Positions 53,701 through 61,267 of a DNA stretch of 64,000 nt are shown piece by piece. Under the pieces are notes generated by a model. It was not told the DNA's origin and made no database searches. It saw only the letters and a list, made by a program, of their open reading frames with translations. Origin of the DNA: Mobula hypostoma (Eukaryota); assembly GCF_963921235.1 (NCBI RefSeq), contig NC_086108.1, positions 110,982,001 through 111,046,000 of the forward strand, read 5' to 3'. The stretch's first letter is position 1, and each line of letters begins with the position of its first letter. The translations under genes and the position numbers were made by a program.

Positions 53701-56700
53701 GGGACACCCTCTACCCGTACCCCCCGCTCCCTCTGTTCAACGACACCCCCCGGGACACCCTGTACCCGTACCCCCCGCTCCCTCTGTTCAACGACACCCC
53801 CCGGGACACCCTGTACCCGTACCCCCCGCTCCCTCTGTTCAACGACACCCCCCACGACACCCTGTACCTGTACCCCCCGCTCCCTCTGTTCAACGACACC
53901 CCCCGGGACACCCTGTACCTGTACCCCCCCCGCTCCCTCTGTTCAACGACACCCCCCGGGGCACCCTGTACCTGTACCCCCCGCTCCCTCTGTTCAACGA
54001 CACCCCCCGGGACACCCTGTACCTGTACCCCCCGCTCCCTCTGTTCAACGACACCCCCCGGGACACCCTGTACCTGTACCCCCCGCTCCCTCTGTTCAAC
54101 GACACCCCCCGGGACACCCTGTACCTGTACCCCCCGCTCCCTCTGTTCAACGACACCCCCCGGGACACCCTGTACCTGTACCCCCCGCTCGCTCTGTTCA
54201 ACGACACCCCCCGGGACACCCTGTACCTGTACCCCCCGCTCCCTCTGTTCAACGACACCCCCCGGGACACCCTGTACCTGTACCCCCCGCTCCCTCTGTT
54301 CAACGACACCCCCCGGGACACCCTGTACCTGTACCCCTCGCTCCCTCTGTTCAACAACACTCCCAGGGACACCCTGTACCTGTACCCCTCGCTCCCTCTG
54401 TTCTACAACACCCCCCGGGACACCCTGTATCTGTACCCCCCGCTCCCTCTGTTCCACGACACCTCCCGGGACACCGTGTACCTGTACCCCCCGCTCCCTC
54501 TGTTCAACGACACCTCCCGGGACACCCTGTACCTGTACCCCCCGCTCCCTCTGTTCAACGACACCCCCCGGGACACCCTGTACCTGTACCCCCCGCTCCC
54601 TCTGTTCAACGACACCCCCCGGGACACCCTGTACCTGTACCCCCCGCTCCCTCTGTTCAACGACACCCCCCGGGACACCCTGTACCTGTACCCCCCGCTC
54701 CCTCTGTTCAACGACACCTCCCGGGACACCCTGTACCTGTACCCCCCGCTCCCTCTGTTCAACGACACCCCCCGCTCCCTCTGTTCAACGACACCCCCCG
54801 GGACACCCTGTACCCGTACTCCCCGCTCCCTCTGTTCAACGACACCCCCCACGACACCCTGTACCCGTACCCCCCGCTCCCTCTGTTCAACGACACCCCC
54901 CGGGACACCCTGTACCCGTACCCCCCGCTCCCTCTGTTCAACGACACCCCCCGGGACACCCTGTACCTGTACCCCCCGCTCCCTCTGTTCAACGACACCC
55001 CCCGGGACACCCTGTACCTGTACCCCCCGCTCCCTCTGTTCAACGACACCCCCCGGGACACCCTGTACCTGTACCCTCCGCTCCCTCTGTTCAACGACAC
55101 CCCCCACGACACCCTGTACCTGTACACCCCGCTCCCTCTGTTCAACGACACCCCCCACGACACACTGTACCTGTACCCCCCTCTCCCTCTGTTCAACGAC
55201 ACTCCCCGGGACACCCTGTACCTGTACCCCCCGCTCCCTCTGTTCAACGACACCCCCCGGGACACCCTGTACCTGTACCCCCCGCTCCCTCTGTTCAACG
55301 ACACCCCCCAGGACACCCTGCACCTGTACCCCTCGCTCCCTCTGTTCAACAACACTCCCCAGGACATCCTGTACCTGTACCCCCCGCTCCCTCTGTTCAA
55401 CAACACTCCCAGGGACACCCTGTACCTGTACCCCTCACTCCCTCTGTTCAACAACACCCCCCGAGACACCCTGTACCTGTACCCCCCGCTCCCTCTGTTC
55501 TACAACACCCCCCGGGACACCCTGTACCTGTACCCCCCGGGACACCCTGTACCTGTACCCCCCGCTCCCTCTGTTCAACGACACCCCCCGGGACACCCTG
55601 TACCTGTACCCCCCGCTCCCTCTGTTCAACGACACCCCCCGGGACACCCTGTACCTGTACCCCCCGCTCCCTCTGTTCAACGACACCCTGTACCTGTACC
55701 CCCCGCTCCCTCTGTTCAACGACACCCCCCGGGACACCCTGTACCTGTACCCTCCGCTCCCTCTGTTCAACGACACCCCCCGGGACACCCTGTACCTGTA
55801 CCCCGCGCTCCCTCTGTTCAACGACACCCCCCGGGACACCCTGTACCTGTACCCCCCGCTCCCTCTGTTCAACGACACCTCCCGGGACACCCTGTACCTG
55901 TACCCCTCGCTCCCTCTGTTCAACGACACCCCCCGGGACACCCTGTACCTGTACCCCCCGCTCCCTCTGTTCAACAACACCCCCCAGGACACCTTGTACC
56001 TGTACCCCCCGCTCCCTCTGTTCAACAACACCCCCCAGGTCACCCTGTACCTGTACCCCCCGCTCCCTCTGTTCAACAACACCCCCCAGGACACCCTGTA
56101 CCTGTACCCCTCGCTCCCTCTGTTCAACGACACCCCCCGGGACACCCTGTACCTGTACCTCTCACTCCTTCTGTTCAACGACACCCCCCGGGACACCCTG
56201 TACCTGTACCTCTCACTCCTTCTGTTCTACAACAACCCTCGGGACACCCTGTACCTCTCACTCCTTCTGTTCTACAACAACCCCCGGGACACCCTGTACC
56301 TCTCACTCCTTCTGTTCTGCAACACTCCCCAGGACACCCTGTACCTGTACCCCCCACTCCCTCTGTTCAACAACACTCCCAGGGACACCCTGTACCTGTA
56401 CCCCTCGCTCCCTCTGTTCAACAACACCCCCTGGGACACCCTGTACCTGTACCCCCCGCTCCCTCTGTTCAACAACACCACCCGGGACACCCTGTACCTG
56501 TACCCCTCACTCCCTCTGTTCAACAACACCGCCCAGGGTTTCTGCCATTGCTGTAAAGGTGATAACTGCACTGATGGTGTTTATTCACGGCTGAATCAAA
56601 CTGAGGTTTATCATCCCTGGCCTGTGTTGTGAAATTTGTAATTCTGCTGCAGGTTTACAGTGCAAAGTATATAATTTAGTATAAGCTACAAAAATAATCA

Positions 56701-59700
56701 AGTAAATGGTACAGAAAATGAATAACGAGGTACGTGAATCGTAAAGTGCAAATGCTGGACGTCTAAATCAAAACTTGAAAACACTGGAAACAATCTTCCC
56801 ACCAGGCAGCATCTGTGGGGTGAGAAACAGACAATTTTTCAGTTTGTTTGATTAGACTATTTAATTGTTATTTTCTTTGCAGCTTAAAATTTTGGCTCTT
56901 ATTTTGTATAACTACTTGTATACATGTAACTGTTCAGGATGTTCCCCAGTGGTCATAGTATGTACATGCCATTATTCATTGTGTTCCCACATGATTAGAG
57001 TCCTTTTTAACATTCTGGAAAGCTCTGGAAACTTCTTTTGGTATTGTGTTATTTGAATAGGGGCTATCTAATTGACTCTTATCTGAAAATTTGAATGGAA
57101 TGTTTCCTTATCTTTGGGGTATAAAGAGATCTGAGCATGGGGTTCCACCAACTTTTGCTTCTTCCTCCAGCCTGTTACTGTCTGCTTCCAATTCTTTTTG
57201 CTCTGTTAATGCTTCCTGACAACTGTGAAGCAACAAGTTTTGTGCCTCTTTCCTGACTTCCAAAATCCAACAAGTTCAAAGAGTCCTCATCAGAACTGCG
57301 AAGTTGATACTGGATGAAGGATGAGTCCTGAAGAAGTGTTTTGGCCCAAAATGTTGACCGTGTACTCTTTTCCACAGTTCCTCCAGCATTTTGTCCGTGT
57401 TGCTTTGCATTTCCACCATCTGCAGATTTTCAAGTGCTAGGAGATACTAGAAGCTTGTAGAGCTGGGACACAAAGACAGTGAGTCTACTAGAATGTGGAC
57501 CAACATACAAATTTGCTGGAGGAACTCTGCAGGTTGAGCAACATCAGTGGGGGGTGGGGGAGGAAGTGTCAAAATTTGGGGTCGAAACCCTGCTTCAGGA
57601 ATGAAACTGGAGTAGAGAATTGACCAGAAGGAAAGGGGGAGAGGGGATAGGAAAATGAGAGGGGAAAAGGGTGAAAAGGGCAGGAGGGGGAGTGAGAAGG
57701 AGAGGGAGGGGTAGCGGGAGAGGGAGAGAGGATAGGGGAATGAGAGGGTGAAAGGATAGGAGGGGGAAGGGGAGAGGAGGACAAGAGGGAGTGAGGGAAT
57801 GAGGGGAAAAGGGTGGGAGGGGCAGAGGGGGAAGAGAGGGAGAGGGCATCAGGTCTTCGGAGGGCAGTGCGAAGGTGGGAGAGAGGTTTTGTAGGGAGAT
57901 AAGCAGGAGCTTGAAAAGTTGCCAGTGCTGAGCTGGTAAATAAGGGAGGTAATGATGGGGAGAGGTACATGGCAAATAGAACCGAGACTAGATAGAGGAG
58001 GGGGCTGTGAAGCCTGCGGATGAACTGTGTGCATAGCGGCTACTTAGAATGGGGGGGGAGGGGAGTGATATGGTAGTGTAGCAACTGGTGCGATGCTATT
58101 ACTGTTTGGGATGTCAGGGTTTGGAGTTCAATCTGTAAAGAGTGTGTACGTCCTCCTCAGAACGTGCGGCTCTACACTGGGTGCTCAGATTTCCTCCCAG
58201 AGTCCAAAGACGTACCGGTTAGTAGGTTAATTGGTCATTGTAAATTGTTCTGTGATCAGGCTAGGGTTAAGCTGGGATTTGCTGGGTGGCATAACTCAAA
58301 GGGCTGGGAAGGTCTGTTTCACACTATATCTCTAAGTAAATAAATAAGATGGTTGATGGCTTGGGGTGGTGGTAGATTTGTTGGTAACTTTTCCCATTTG
58401 TAGGAGTTGCTTTAAGCTTGTAGAAGATACAGGGAGGGGGTCTCTGATAGGGGTAAAACCAGGATGACTGCAATTACTAGTTCAGGAGTTGAATGGGAGA
58501 GGGCAGAGAGTGAGAGCACAGACAAAAGGAAAATAGAAATACAGACAAATGGTTCTGCAGATGCTGTCAATTCAGATCAACGCACACAAAATGCTGGAGG
58601 AACTCAGCAGGTCAGGCAGCATCTATGGAACTGAGACGGTTTGAGCCATCGACTCTTCATTCATTTCCATAGATTGCTGCCTGACCTGCTCAGCTCCTGC
58701 AGCATTTTGTCCGCGTTGCAATGGGAAATAGAATGTGGGAGTTGCAAAGTGCAGGGCAGGAAGACACGGCCGGCAGGTCAGCCTGGGATTGTTGTCCAAA
58801 TCCCAGAGAGACAACAAGATTTGGGCTGGGCGGATGTAAATGTTTTCTGAGGAAGGCACGATAATTTTTAAACTTTATTTCATATAGAATTTGGAGAATT
58901 GCAAAATGTTTTTTTTAAACAAATTCCTACATCCAAATGTACTGTATGCATCAGGAGCAGGAACAGTCTCTGCTACTCCCGGTAATAGCAGCTGATCTAT
59001 TTATCATCAGTCCTGATGAAGGATCTTAGCTGGAAACGGCGACTATTAATTCCCCTCCATAGACGCTGGCTGACTTGCTGATACATACAGATCCTTTCAT
59101 CACATCTGTGCATTGAGGTGTATAACAGAGTGTGGAGTAAAGTGTTACAGTTACAGAGGAAGTGCAGTGCAGGGTGCAAGGTCATAACAAGGTCAAGAGT
59201 CTTATCATCATAGGAAACTGTTCAATAGCCTTTTAACATTTGAAAGGTTTTTTGCATTGAGATTGGTGGGTGTCTGGAACGTGCTGGCAGGGATGGTGGT
59301 ACAGGCAGATACATTAGGGGCGTTTAAGAGACTTAGATAGGTACATGGATTTGGGCAAAATGGACGGTTAGGTGGGAGGGAAGGATTGATTTTCGAGTAG
59401 GTTAAAAGGTTGGCACAACATCATAGGCTGAAGGTCCGGTACTGAGCTTTGATGGTTGTCCAGTGCTTTTAAAGTGGAAAAGAACGTTGCACTGGGGCTG
59501 TCCCACACTCTCGACTCAGAAGTCCGAGCCCAGTTGTACGAACAGGTGTCACAAACTGGGGTTTTCCTCGTTCACAGTGGATGATGGTGACGACTTCTGT
59601 GTCTCGTCGTGCCCTTCGCTCTCCACAGAGGTAGCAGAGCCACCTCCCTGGCAACTGGATCTCACTGTAGATCTCATCTGCCCATGTTAGGACAGGCATG

Positions 59701-60776
59701 TCCCTATCTCACCGGGGTATGGGCCCAATGGCTGCCCCTACCTAGTTCAGCCTGCCGGTGTAGCGGGAGTGGCAGGTGGAGCCACAGGTGAGAGCTGAGT
59801 GTCTGGTGGGGACCAGAGGTGAGTGAGCTGCCCCAGAATGGACACGACAAGTCCCTTCACCAGGGGTACTACCTGTCCCTGGACACCCCATGCACCCACA
59901 TTACTGGGCGGTTGTGTTCTTTGTTTTATGTAGCAGACTGACCAAACAGAGCTCCCAGTTCTTAGAGTGTAGCATGAACCGTATTTGTTTTCTTGTCGTT
60001 AAATAGTATTAAATGGTGAACTTGCTCGTCCTTGACAAACTCCGCATTGTTTGTGTTTCCAGCTACTCTATAATATTGCTTGAAATCGCGACACGATGCG
60101 ATCCAGTGCCGGTATGTAAAAACGCTTTCTTCGTTATCACAACTTATAGGGTGGTACTGTAGTGTAGCTGTTAGCATAATGCTATTAGAGCATGGACAAT
60201 CCGGGCTCAATTTCCACTGCTGTCTGGAAGGAGTTTGTACATTCTCTTTGTGACTGCATGGGTTGCCTCCGATGGCTCCAAAGATGTACCGCTTAGTAGC
60301 TTAATTGGGTGGCACAGGCTCGTTGAGCCGGAATTGCCTGCTACCATGCTGCGTCTCTAAATCAAAACATTAAACAGAGGTTTCTACAGATGTTGGAGAT
60401 CCTGAGCAACACACAGACACAAAATGCTGGAGGAACACAGCAGATCAGGCAGCATCTATGGGGAGGAATAATCAGTTGATGCTTTGGGCCAAGACGCTTG
60501 TGTCCTGATGAAGGGTCTCGGCCCGAAACATTGACTGGATCTGCTGAGTTTCTCCAGCATTTTGTGTCTATGCGTTGCTCACGTTTTCCTCATTGCCACC
60601 CGTGTACGTTCCAACTCGTGTCCCAGAATCACTGAAACCATGCTGCATTTTACCCATTGTGTCTGCAGGGCGACGTTGACCTGCGCAAGGTAGAGCTGAC
60701 CTGGCGTCCTAATCTTCCCGAAATTCGTGCTGGAAAGTCCGACAGCGATTGCCCGATGCAGGAAGACTACGATGAG
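545..60776 (+). CDS. Spliced gene (15 coding exons in window, 3'-incomplete): single-pass receptor with atypical ectodomain and receptor-guanylyl-cyclase-type kinase-homology domain
   Basis: join(545-598,5712-5802,9341-9473,21583-21706,25301-25405,30047-30149,31703-31848,32982-33054,34121-34268,37003-37089,39887-40030,47830-47951,48890-49031,60063-60111,60669-60776) = 1629 nt, 543 aa. All introns are GT-AG with matching phases. Kinase motifs VAIK, HPNLCKFIG, TEYCPKGSL, HGTLKSTNC, KIADYG, APE and DVYSYSIILLEI closely match receptor GC kinase-homology domains. Confidence 0.9.
1078..1356. mobile_element. Penelope-derived inverted-repeat element
   Basis: acacaaaatgctggaggaa...gtcaacgttttgggctgagaccc, followed by its reverse complement ...gagttcctccggcattttgtgt. 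Confidence 0.7.
2390..2725. mobile_element. Penelope-derived inverted-repeat element with hammerhead-like motifs in both arms
   Basis: Arms at ~2390-2520 and ~2620-2725 are reverse complements; gtcCTGACGAagggtctcggcctGAAAtgtcgac at 2622-2655. Confidence 0.75.
4565..4856 (+). mobile_element. Short interspersed element with (GAT)n tail, probably RTE-mobilised; second copy at 26560-26950
   Basis: Two copies share cagggtcacg...cttgtaaagacact...ggcaaaccacttc...; both end in a gatga-type tail like the RTE LINE at 12219. Confidence 0.6.
5712..5802 (+). CDS. Exon 2: VAQSWHDLDNTEYDCWPMEQPDEHNMIDCA(G)
   Basis: Acceptor tctctccacag; donor G|gtatgg; 91 nt; phase 0 to 1; non-repeat island. Confidence 0.8.
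5980..7270 (-). mobile_element. Decayed CR1 LINE, 5'-truncated
   Basis: Frameshifted RT fragments (SGVPQGSVLG, KFEDGTK, TRGHSL) and a cataag-type 3' tail. Confidence 0.85.
9341..9473 (+). CDS. Exon 3: (G)LEMSWVDRPPEKVRSGEEFNVTYSVSASDDFYRVAVANGILEY(S)
   Basis: Acceptor cttcctccag; donor AG|gtgggt; 133 nt; phase 1 to 2; lies within ORF 9193..9600. Confidence 0.88.
13938..14628 (+). mobile_element. Non-autonomous retroposon inserted in the RTE
   Basis: GC/CpG-rich head ggagaagatggcg; 3' aataaa and (ctaat)n tail; the RTE reading frame (DPKRL|HQQIKNITG) resumes across it. Confidence 0.7.
15058..17277 (-). mobile_element. Young 5'-truncated CR1 LINE inserted in the RTE
   Basis: Near-intact RT ORFs (YLDFQKAFDKVPH, GVPQGSVLGP, FADDTKL); (tagaaaca)n tail; ctttta duplicated at 15052-15057 and 17278-17283. 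Confidence 0.92.
19470..20748 (-). mobile_element. 5'-truncated CR1 LINE inserted in the host CR1
   Basis: RT fragments in ORFs 19797..20027, 20024..20242 and 20306..20758; ccataagaca tail. Confidence 0.85.
21225..21510 (+). mobile_element. Penelope-like element 3' remnant (pyrimidine tract plus terminal repeat)
   Basis: C/T-rich tract, then gtcCTGATGAggggtctcagcctGAAAcaccgac and the shared terminal repeat. Confidence 0.7.
21583..21706 (+). CDS. Exon 4: (S)NASEAKRFCEEKDCPSNWKHATEHNCCIYHANIHSCPMAFM
   Basis: Acceptor ctctttggcacag; donor ATG|gtgtgt; 124 nt; phase 2 to 0. Confidence 0.88.
21765..22420 (+). mobile_element. Penelope-like retroelement fragment: GIY-YIG endonuclease C-terminus, 3'UTR and terminal repeat
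   Basis: Translates as GETQHRSGNCFAEHLCSI...VAIHYYSNPHS...LRLEDQHLIF...QPDDMNTDFSNFR*, the typical PLE (Y)IGET..R..EH...HF...QP.G.N ending. Confidence 0.8.
25301..25405 (+). CDS. Exon 5: KKGGICGPWIPDDGEIVTHTVSQAGKMSQRNWTTK
   Basis: Acceptor tccatttcag; donor AAG|gtacaa; 105 nt; phase 0 to 0. Confidence 0.85.
25430..25805 (-). mobile_element. Penelope-like 3' remnant with hammerhead motif
   Basis: Reverse complement of 25533-25566 reads tcCTGATGAagggtctcggcccGAAAcatcgacc; adjacent purine tract on the + strand. Confidence 0.75.
27445..29936 (-). mobile_element. Young 5'-truncated CR1 LINE, same family as 15058-17277, nested in an older CR1
   Basis: ORFs 28823..29956, 28187..28822 and 27716..28027 are nearly identical to the 15-17 kb copy; the host CR1 (tttgccttcct|cactgactcaacctgc) resumes at ~29950. 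Confidence 0.92.
30047..30149 (+). CDS. Exon 6: VVLVHVGVTSLIAHVKVGKMHAALESKTTVQSAQ(V)
   Basis: Acceptor tttgctttcag; donor AAG|gtatca; 103 nt; phase 0 to 1. Confidence 0.85.
30699..31020 (-). mobile_element. tRNA-derived SINE with 12-bp TSD; second copy at ~34781-35078
   Basis: Minus-strand head ggcacgTGGCCAAGTGGttaagg...GTTCGAGCC (pol III A/B boxes); aaccttattgat at 30687-30698 and 31021-31032. Confidence 0.85.
31703..31848 (+). CDS. Exon 7: (V)CDDGVCNEDERCDTCPADCGSCPMSARIKASIGLPIALLCTGFILTLL - Cys motif plus transmembrane helix
   Basis: Acceptor gtcttgccacag; donor CTG|gtaggt; 146 nt; phase 1 to 0. This frame is not listed in the ORF track. Confidence 0.9.
32220..32450 (+). mobile_element. 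V-SINE (HE1/Mermaid-like); about a dozen similar copies in the window
   Basis: V-domain gtgggtttcctccgggtgctctggtttcctcccacagtccaaagacgt and (taaa)n tail. Related copies near 26040, 31890, 37330, 37790, 39090, 44715, 58070, 60150 and 60790. Confidence 0.75.
32677..32712. repeat. (TG)n microsatellite
   Basis: About 18 perfect TG units. Confidence 0.95.
32982..33054 (+). CDS. Exon 8: WLQYQKQKMLWDESWIISLKEIST(G) - juxtamembrane
   Basis: Acceptor tgtacttgcag; donor CAG|gtactt; 73 nt; phase 0 to 1. Basic stop-transfer residues followed by the W-x-I motif typical of receptor GC juxtamembrane regions. Confidence 0.88.
34121..34268 (+). CDS. Exon 9: (G)SGFLVGFGSVATIHHTNGISIPSEVNDASTSGFATSPVHKAGFIQTGI(Y)
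   Basis: Acceptor tacattttag; donor TA|gtaagt; 148 nt; phase 1 to 2. Confidence 0.85.
35968..36409 (-). mobile_element. 5'-truncated CR1, same family as 40845-44593
   Basis: ORF 35859..36392 is nearly identical to 40897..41355; (tagaaca)n tail. Confidence 0.88.
36410..36850 (+). mobile_element. Rex1/Babar-type LINE 3' fragment (DUF1891 region)
   Basis: AQQRLFHLRWLKKFGMSPQILRTFYRGTTESILTGCITAWYGNC...LPSGKRYRSIKART...SFFHQAIRL. Confidence 0.8.
37003..37089 (+). CDS. Exon 10: (Y)DGRTVAIKWIQKKTFTLSKTIRQEVKQV(R) - kinase subdomains II-III
   Basis: Acceptor cttttctttcag; donor AG|gtacac; 87 nt; phase 2 to 2; VAIK lysine and helix-C Glu present. Confidence 0.92.
39887..40030 (+). CDS. Exon 11: (R)ELDHPNLCKFIGGSVEVPNVTIVTEYCPKGSLSDVLLSEDIPLNWGF(R)
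   Basis: Acceptor cttcattccag; donor AG|gtaaca; 144 nt; matches the receptor-GC pattern HxNLxxFIG...TEYCxxGSLxDxL...LxWxFR. Confidence 0.95.
40845..44593 (-). mobile_element. Near full-length CR1 LINE with ORF1 (SGNH esterase) and ORF2 (APE-RT), lightly frameshifted
   Basis: ORF1 VVIGDSIVRG...HIGTND...DGLHLN; ORF2 YLNARSIRNK, ITETWL, MGDFN, SDH, DFSKAFDKVPH, FADDTKV; 5'-truncated within ORF1. Confidence 0.95.
46675..47392 (-). mobile_element. Rex1/Babar-type LINE 3' fragment
   Basis: ORF 46903..47370: ERVSSFKFQGVKISED...KARQRLYFIRSFKRFG...ESILTGCITVWYG...LPSGRRYRSL. Confidence 0.85.
47830..47951 (+). CDS. Exon 12: (R)LSFATDVSRGMTYLHSRRVYHGTLKSTNCVIDDRWVCKIA(D)
   Basis: Acceptor ttgctttag; donor CAG|gtaacc; 122 nt; phase 2 to 1; HGxLKSxNC pseudokinase catalytic loop. 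Confidence 0.95.
48890..49031 (+). CDS. Exon 13: (D)YGLAAYRSADFQEFDDGFVPKMGRIYCAPEVIAGTASNLSPTADVY(S)
   Basis: Acceptor ctgtttgtgaag (AAG); donor AG|gtaagg; 142 nt; phase 1 to 2; DYG, APE and DVYS motifs. Confidence 0.92.
49524..56537. repeat. 51-bp minisatellite, ~7 kb (~135 units), in intron 13
   Basis: Consensus gggacaccctgtacctgtaccccccgctccctctgttcaacgacacccccc; period 51 (e.g. ctgttcaac at 52561 and 52612); the ORF track shows 17-aa periodicity. Confidence 0.98.
57630..57846 (+). repeat. Polypurine (GA-rich) low-complexity tract adjacent to a Penelope terminal repeat
   Basis: About 200 nt of almost exclusively G/A. Confidence 0.8.
60063..60111 (+). CDS. Exon 14: (S)YSIILLEIATRCDPVP
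   Basis: Acceptor ttgtgtttccag; donor CCG|gtatgt; 49 nt; phase 2 to 0; completes kinase subdomain IX. Confidence 0.9.
60380..60580. mobile_element. Penelope-derived inverted-repeat element with an intact hammerhead core at 60502-60535
   Basis: gtcCTGATGAagggtctcggcccGAAAcattgac; the arms are reverse complements. Confidence 0.75.
60669..60776 (+). CDS. Exon 15: GDVDLRKVELTWRPNLPEIRAGKSDSDCPMQEDYDE
   Basis: Acceptor gtgtctgcag; donor GAG|gtaaca; 108 nt; phase 0 to 0; contains the RP motif preceding subdomain XI. The next exon (expected L..CW...P..RP.F) was not found in the window. Confidence 0.82.
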
Positions 60777-61050
60777 GTAACACACCAGGGCTGTGTGGTA
60801 GCATTGCAGGTAGCGCCATCACTTTACCGTTCCAGCGCCCTGGGTTCAATTCCCACTGTTGTATGTAAGGATTTTGCACATTTTCCCTGTGACTATGTGT
60901 GTTTCCTCTGGGTTCTCCAGCTTCCTCCCACATTTCAAAGATGTACCAGTTGGGTGTCATCAGGCTCATTGCGTTATACCCTGTATGCTGCATGGGTGCG
61001 CAGCAGCGCAGTAACTGAAATGCTCCCACGCACATAGCCTTTGTTGCCAT

Positions 61051-61267
61051 AGAAGAAGAAGAAAGCGCTTAATTCCAAGTGGAGTCATCGGGACGCCGTC
61101 ACAACGGCGTTTTTTTTTAGCAGGCTTTCTTATTTTTACGAGGCTGAGTTGCTAGCTCGACGCTTGACCCAGCACGGATGGAAAGCGTGCAAGGGAGCCA
61201 GCTGGATTCGAACTCAGGAGCCTTCGCTCCGAAGTCCGGCGCTGATGCCACTGCGCCACCAGCCGGC
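61051..61267 (-). mobile_element. tRNA-derived SINE with (CTT)n tail and 13-bp TSD
   Basis: Minus-strand head gccggctggTGGCGCAGTGG...GTTCGAATCC; cctttgttgccat at 61038-61050 and 61268-61280. Confidence 0.88.

Noticed and set aside
49524..56537. Possible CRISPR array
   Set aside because: Units are head-to-tail with no unique spacers, there are no cas genes, and the context is eukaryotic.
49408..56632. Long Pro/Thr/Cys-rich or Gly/Arg-rich ORFs (up to 797 aa) on both strands
   Set aside because: Artefacts of a stop-free 51-bp tandem repeat that is open in several frames and lies inside an intron.
57569..58034. Pro/Ser/Leu-rich ORFs
   Set aside because: Translation of a low-complexity polypurine/polypyrimidine tract.
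61190..61267. tRNA gene (also ~30945-31015 and ~35020-35078)
   Set aside because: These A/B-box heads are attached to SINE bodies with simple-repeat tails and/or TSDs; they are SINE heads, not tRNA genes.
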